64,000 nt of DNA from Glaucostegus cemiculus (taxonomy: Eukaryota), in NCBI GenBank assembly GCA_976551045.1, contig CDPCPM010000005.1:3720001-3784000 (forward strand). The letters run 5' to 3'. Made by a program: the position numbers and the translations under genes. This document shows, piece after piece, positions 62,160-64,000 of the stretch. The notes below the pieces were generated by a model. It saw only the letters and a list, made by a program, of their open reading frames with translations. It was not told the origin of the DNA and searched no databases. Within the stretch, counting starts at the first letter, position 1, and every line of letters starts with the position of its first letter.

Positions 62160-62412
62160 TTTTTTTTAAATTTTATTTTACAGCGTGGTAACAGGCCCTT
62201 TCGGCCCAACGAGTCCGCGCCGCCCATTTTAAACCCCCAAATTCACCTACCCATACGTCTTTCAGAATGTGGGAGGAAACCGGAGCATCCGGACGAAACC
62301 CATGCAGACACGGGAGAATGTACAAACTCCTTAAAGACAGCAACGGGAATTGAACCCCGATCGCTGGTGCTGTAACAGCGTCGCGCTAACCGCTACGCTA
62401 TCGTGCCACCCA
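62160..62412 (-). mobile_element. Young tRNA-derived V-SINE (tail type B, CR1-like) inserted in an old LINE
   Basis: gggtggcacgatagcgtagcggttagcgcgacgctgttacagcacc..ggggttcaattccc head, V-domain, tail gttgggccgaaagggcctgttaccacgctgtaaataaaatttaaaaaaaa; CpGs retained. Confidence 0.88.
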
Positions 62413-63091
62413 AAATTGTCTCCTGAATGGTACCCTCCAGGTAACACACCATCTTGACTTGCAAATATATCACTGTTCCTTCATCATCACTGGGTCTCTA
62501 TTCTGGAACTCCCTCCCCAACAGCACTAAGGGAGAACCTTCACCAGAAATTCTGCAGGACTAGGGAATATATGATGGTCTTGCCAGCAACATCCAGATCT
62601 GGAAAATGTTAATGAATATAAACAAAAAAACAAGAGGAACCAGGATAGGACTGTCCTGTTGGCACATTTTTAAATGGCATTGCTGATAGGCAGACCAGAA
62701 GTATATTTTGTTTTGAATGTTTTTAAAATTTAAATAAAATCTATCAGTGTCTTTCAAAGCAAAAAATATAACTGGTCTGATGATGTCATGGAACTGAAAT
62801 ATTAGCCCTGTTTTCCTCTCCACGGTGTTTCCATCATTTTCAGATTCCCAGCACCTGCAATGGGTTGGTTTTGCTATCACCCCGATGTCCTGTTTGGCGC
62901 AGTACCTCAGCTGGCAACGTGGCTCCTCCCTCCAGTGGCCATTACTCCTGTCCAAGCTTTGATAGTGGAGTGCAATTAAACCAAGACTGAGCAGTCTTCA
63001 CTCAACACCAACTGTTGGGCAAGCAGGAACGGAGAGGCCTAACTAATCTCACCACCTCCCCCCCCACCCCCACCACGTAACCAATTCCCAA

Positions 63092-63468
63092 CCATCCCCA
63101 CTCCCCTCGAGTGAATGCTCAGCTGAGATCAGCCACTTCAGAACAGACCAGGTAACAGCCTGGAACCTTCTGGTCTGTCTGCTTATGTAATCACTGAATT
63201 CACTTTACAGTCAAATGTTGTCCTGGAAAAGGCAGCTAGCTGTCAACACCAGCACATTCAGGAGATTGATGTCCTGCACAAAATCGTCCATCCTACCAAT
63301 CAGCATGTATCTACTGCATTATACCTGTGCAGCACCATTAACCCTGCCACTACCAGTCAAACTGAAACGCTCCTAATTGAACCAACTCCCTTTCCCGTGC
63401 TCCCTCGGAACACCACCTCGTGCAGAGTCCCATCCCCACTCCCCTCGAGTGAATGCTCAGCTGAGATC
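63092..63468. repeat. Perfect 39-bp direct repeat (63092-63130 and 63430-63468)
   Basis: ccatccccactcccctcgagtgaatgctcagctgagatc occurs twice, 338 bp apart. Confidence 0.9.
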
Positions 63469-64000
63469 CGCAGGACTGCAGCAGTTTCAAGGCGGCTCAT
63501 CACACCTCCTCAAAAGGCACTGGGAATCAGCAGTAAATGTTGCCTTTGGTGTTGTTGTGTTCATAGCCCATTTACTGCTGTTTAATAAAGCAAATAAGGA
63601 AAGGTAGTGCTATCACAAACTGTCCTTTCCTGAAGGCAATCAACTCCATCAGTGATGCTCAGCTCCTGAAAAATGAATAAATAAAATCAAGTGACAGAGA
63701 CTTATTTTTCCAAGAGTTTGGACATCTTAGCCACTCATCTCCAACATCCATTGACATCCCTAAAGGTTTTCACAGTCACATTCAAGAAGCAGCTTCTTTA
63801 CCACGTGAGCAGGTTCCTGCAGTTAGTTAGGGCATTCAGTGTGAATGTTACAAGAACACTGATGTCCTTCAAGAAGTTTTTGTCTACAGGGAACTGAAAT
63901 ATTTAGTTACTCCTTCTTAAATTAAAATTTCACAACCCAGCCTAAAGCCCATGTTTAACGGTTCAATTCCCCAGGTCCACCCATCCCATAATCTGTTGCA

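Noticed and set aside
49026-64000. SLC1A4 exon 1
   Set aside because: No FPGE/LPLVV-type coding sequence or CpG island found; it must lie beyond the window.

Overview
Vertebrate genomic DNA, most likely from a cartilaginous fish (ray or shark), judged from the repeat landscape: CR1, Rex1/Babar, L2 and Tx1 LINEs, Penelope-like elements, V-SINE and Deu-SINE types. The only protein-coding gene I can support is SLC1A4 (ASCT1, neutral amino acid exchanger) on the minus strand. Coding exons 2-8 lie at 49025-27314, all with canonical AG/GT ends and near-human exon sizes; exon 1 lies beyond base 64000. Downstream, a CpG-island promoter with an apparently non-coding first exon (about 11.56-12.0 kb, minus strand) starts a second gene, probably CEP68 by synteny, though none of its coding sequence is visible. 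Most of the rest is transposon debris, often nested. The two best leads are (1) this ASCT1 orthologue carries the ASCT2-type Cys (DRTCT) at the substrate-selectivity position, predicting glutamine transport, and (2) the Penelope terminal repeats contain minimal type I hammerhead ribozyme motifs, one with an intact core at 13640-13677. I see no evidence of a wholly new multi-gene system. Repeat boundaries are approximate and family names come from motif recognition, not database searches.
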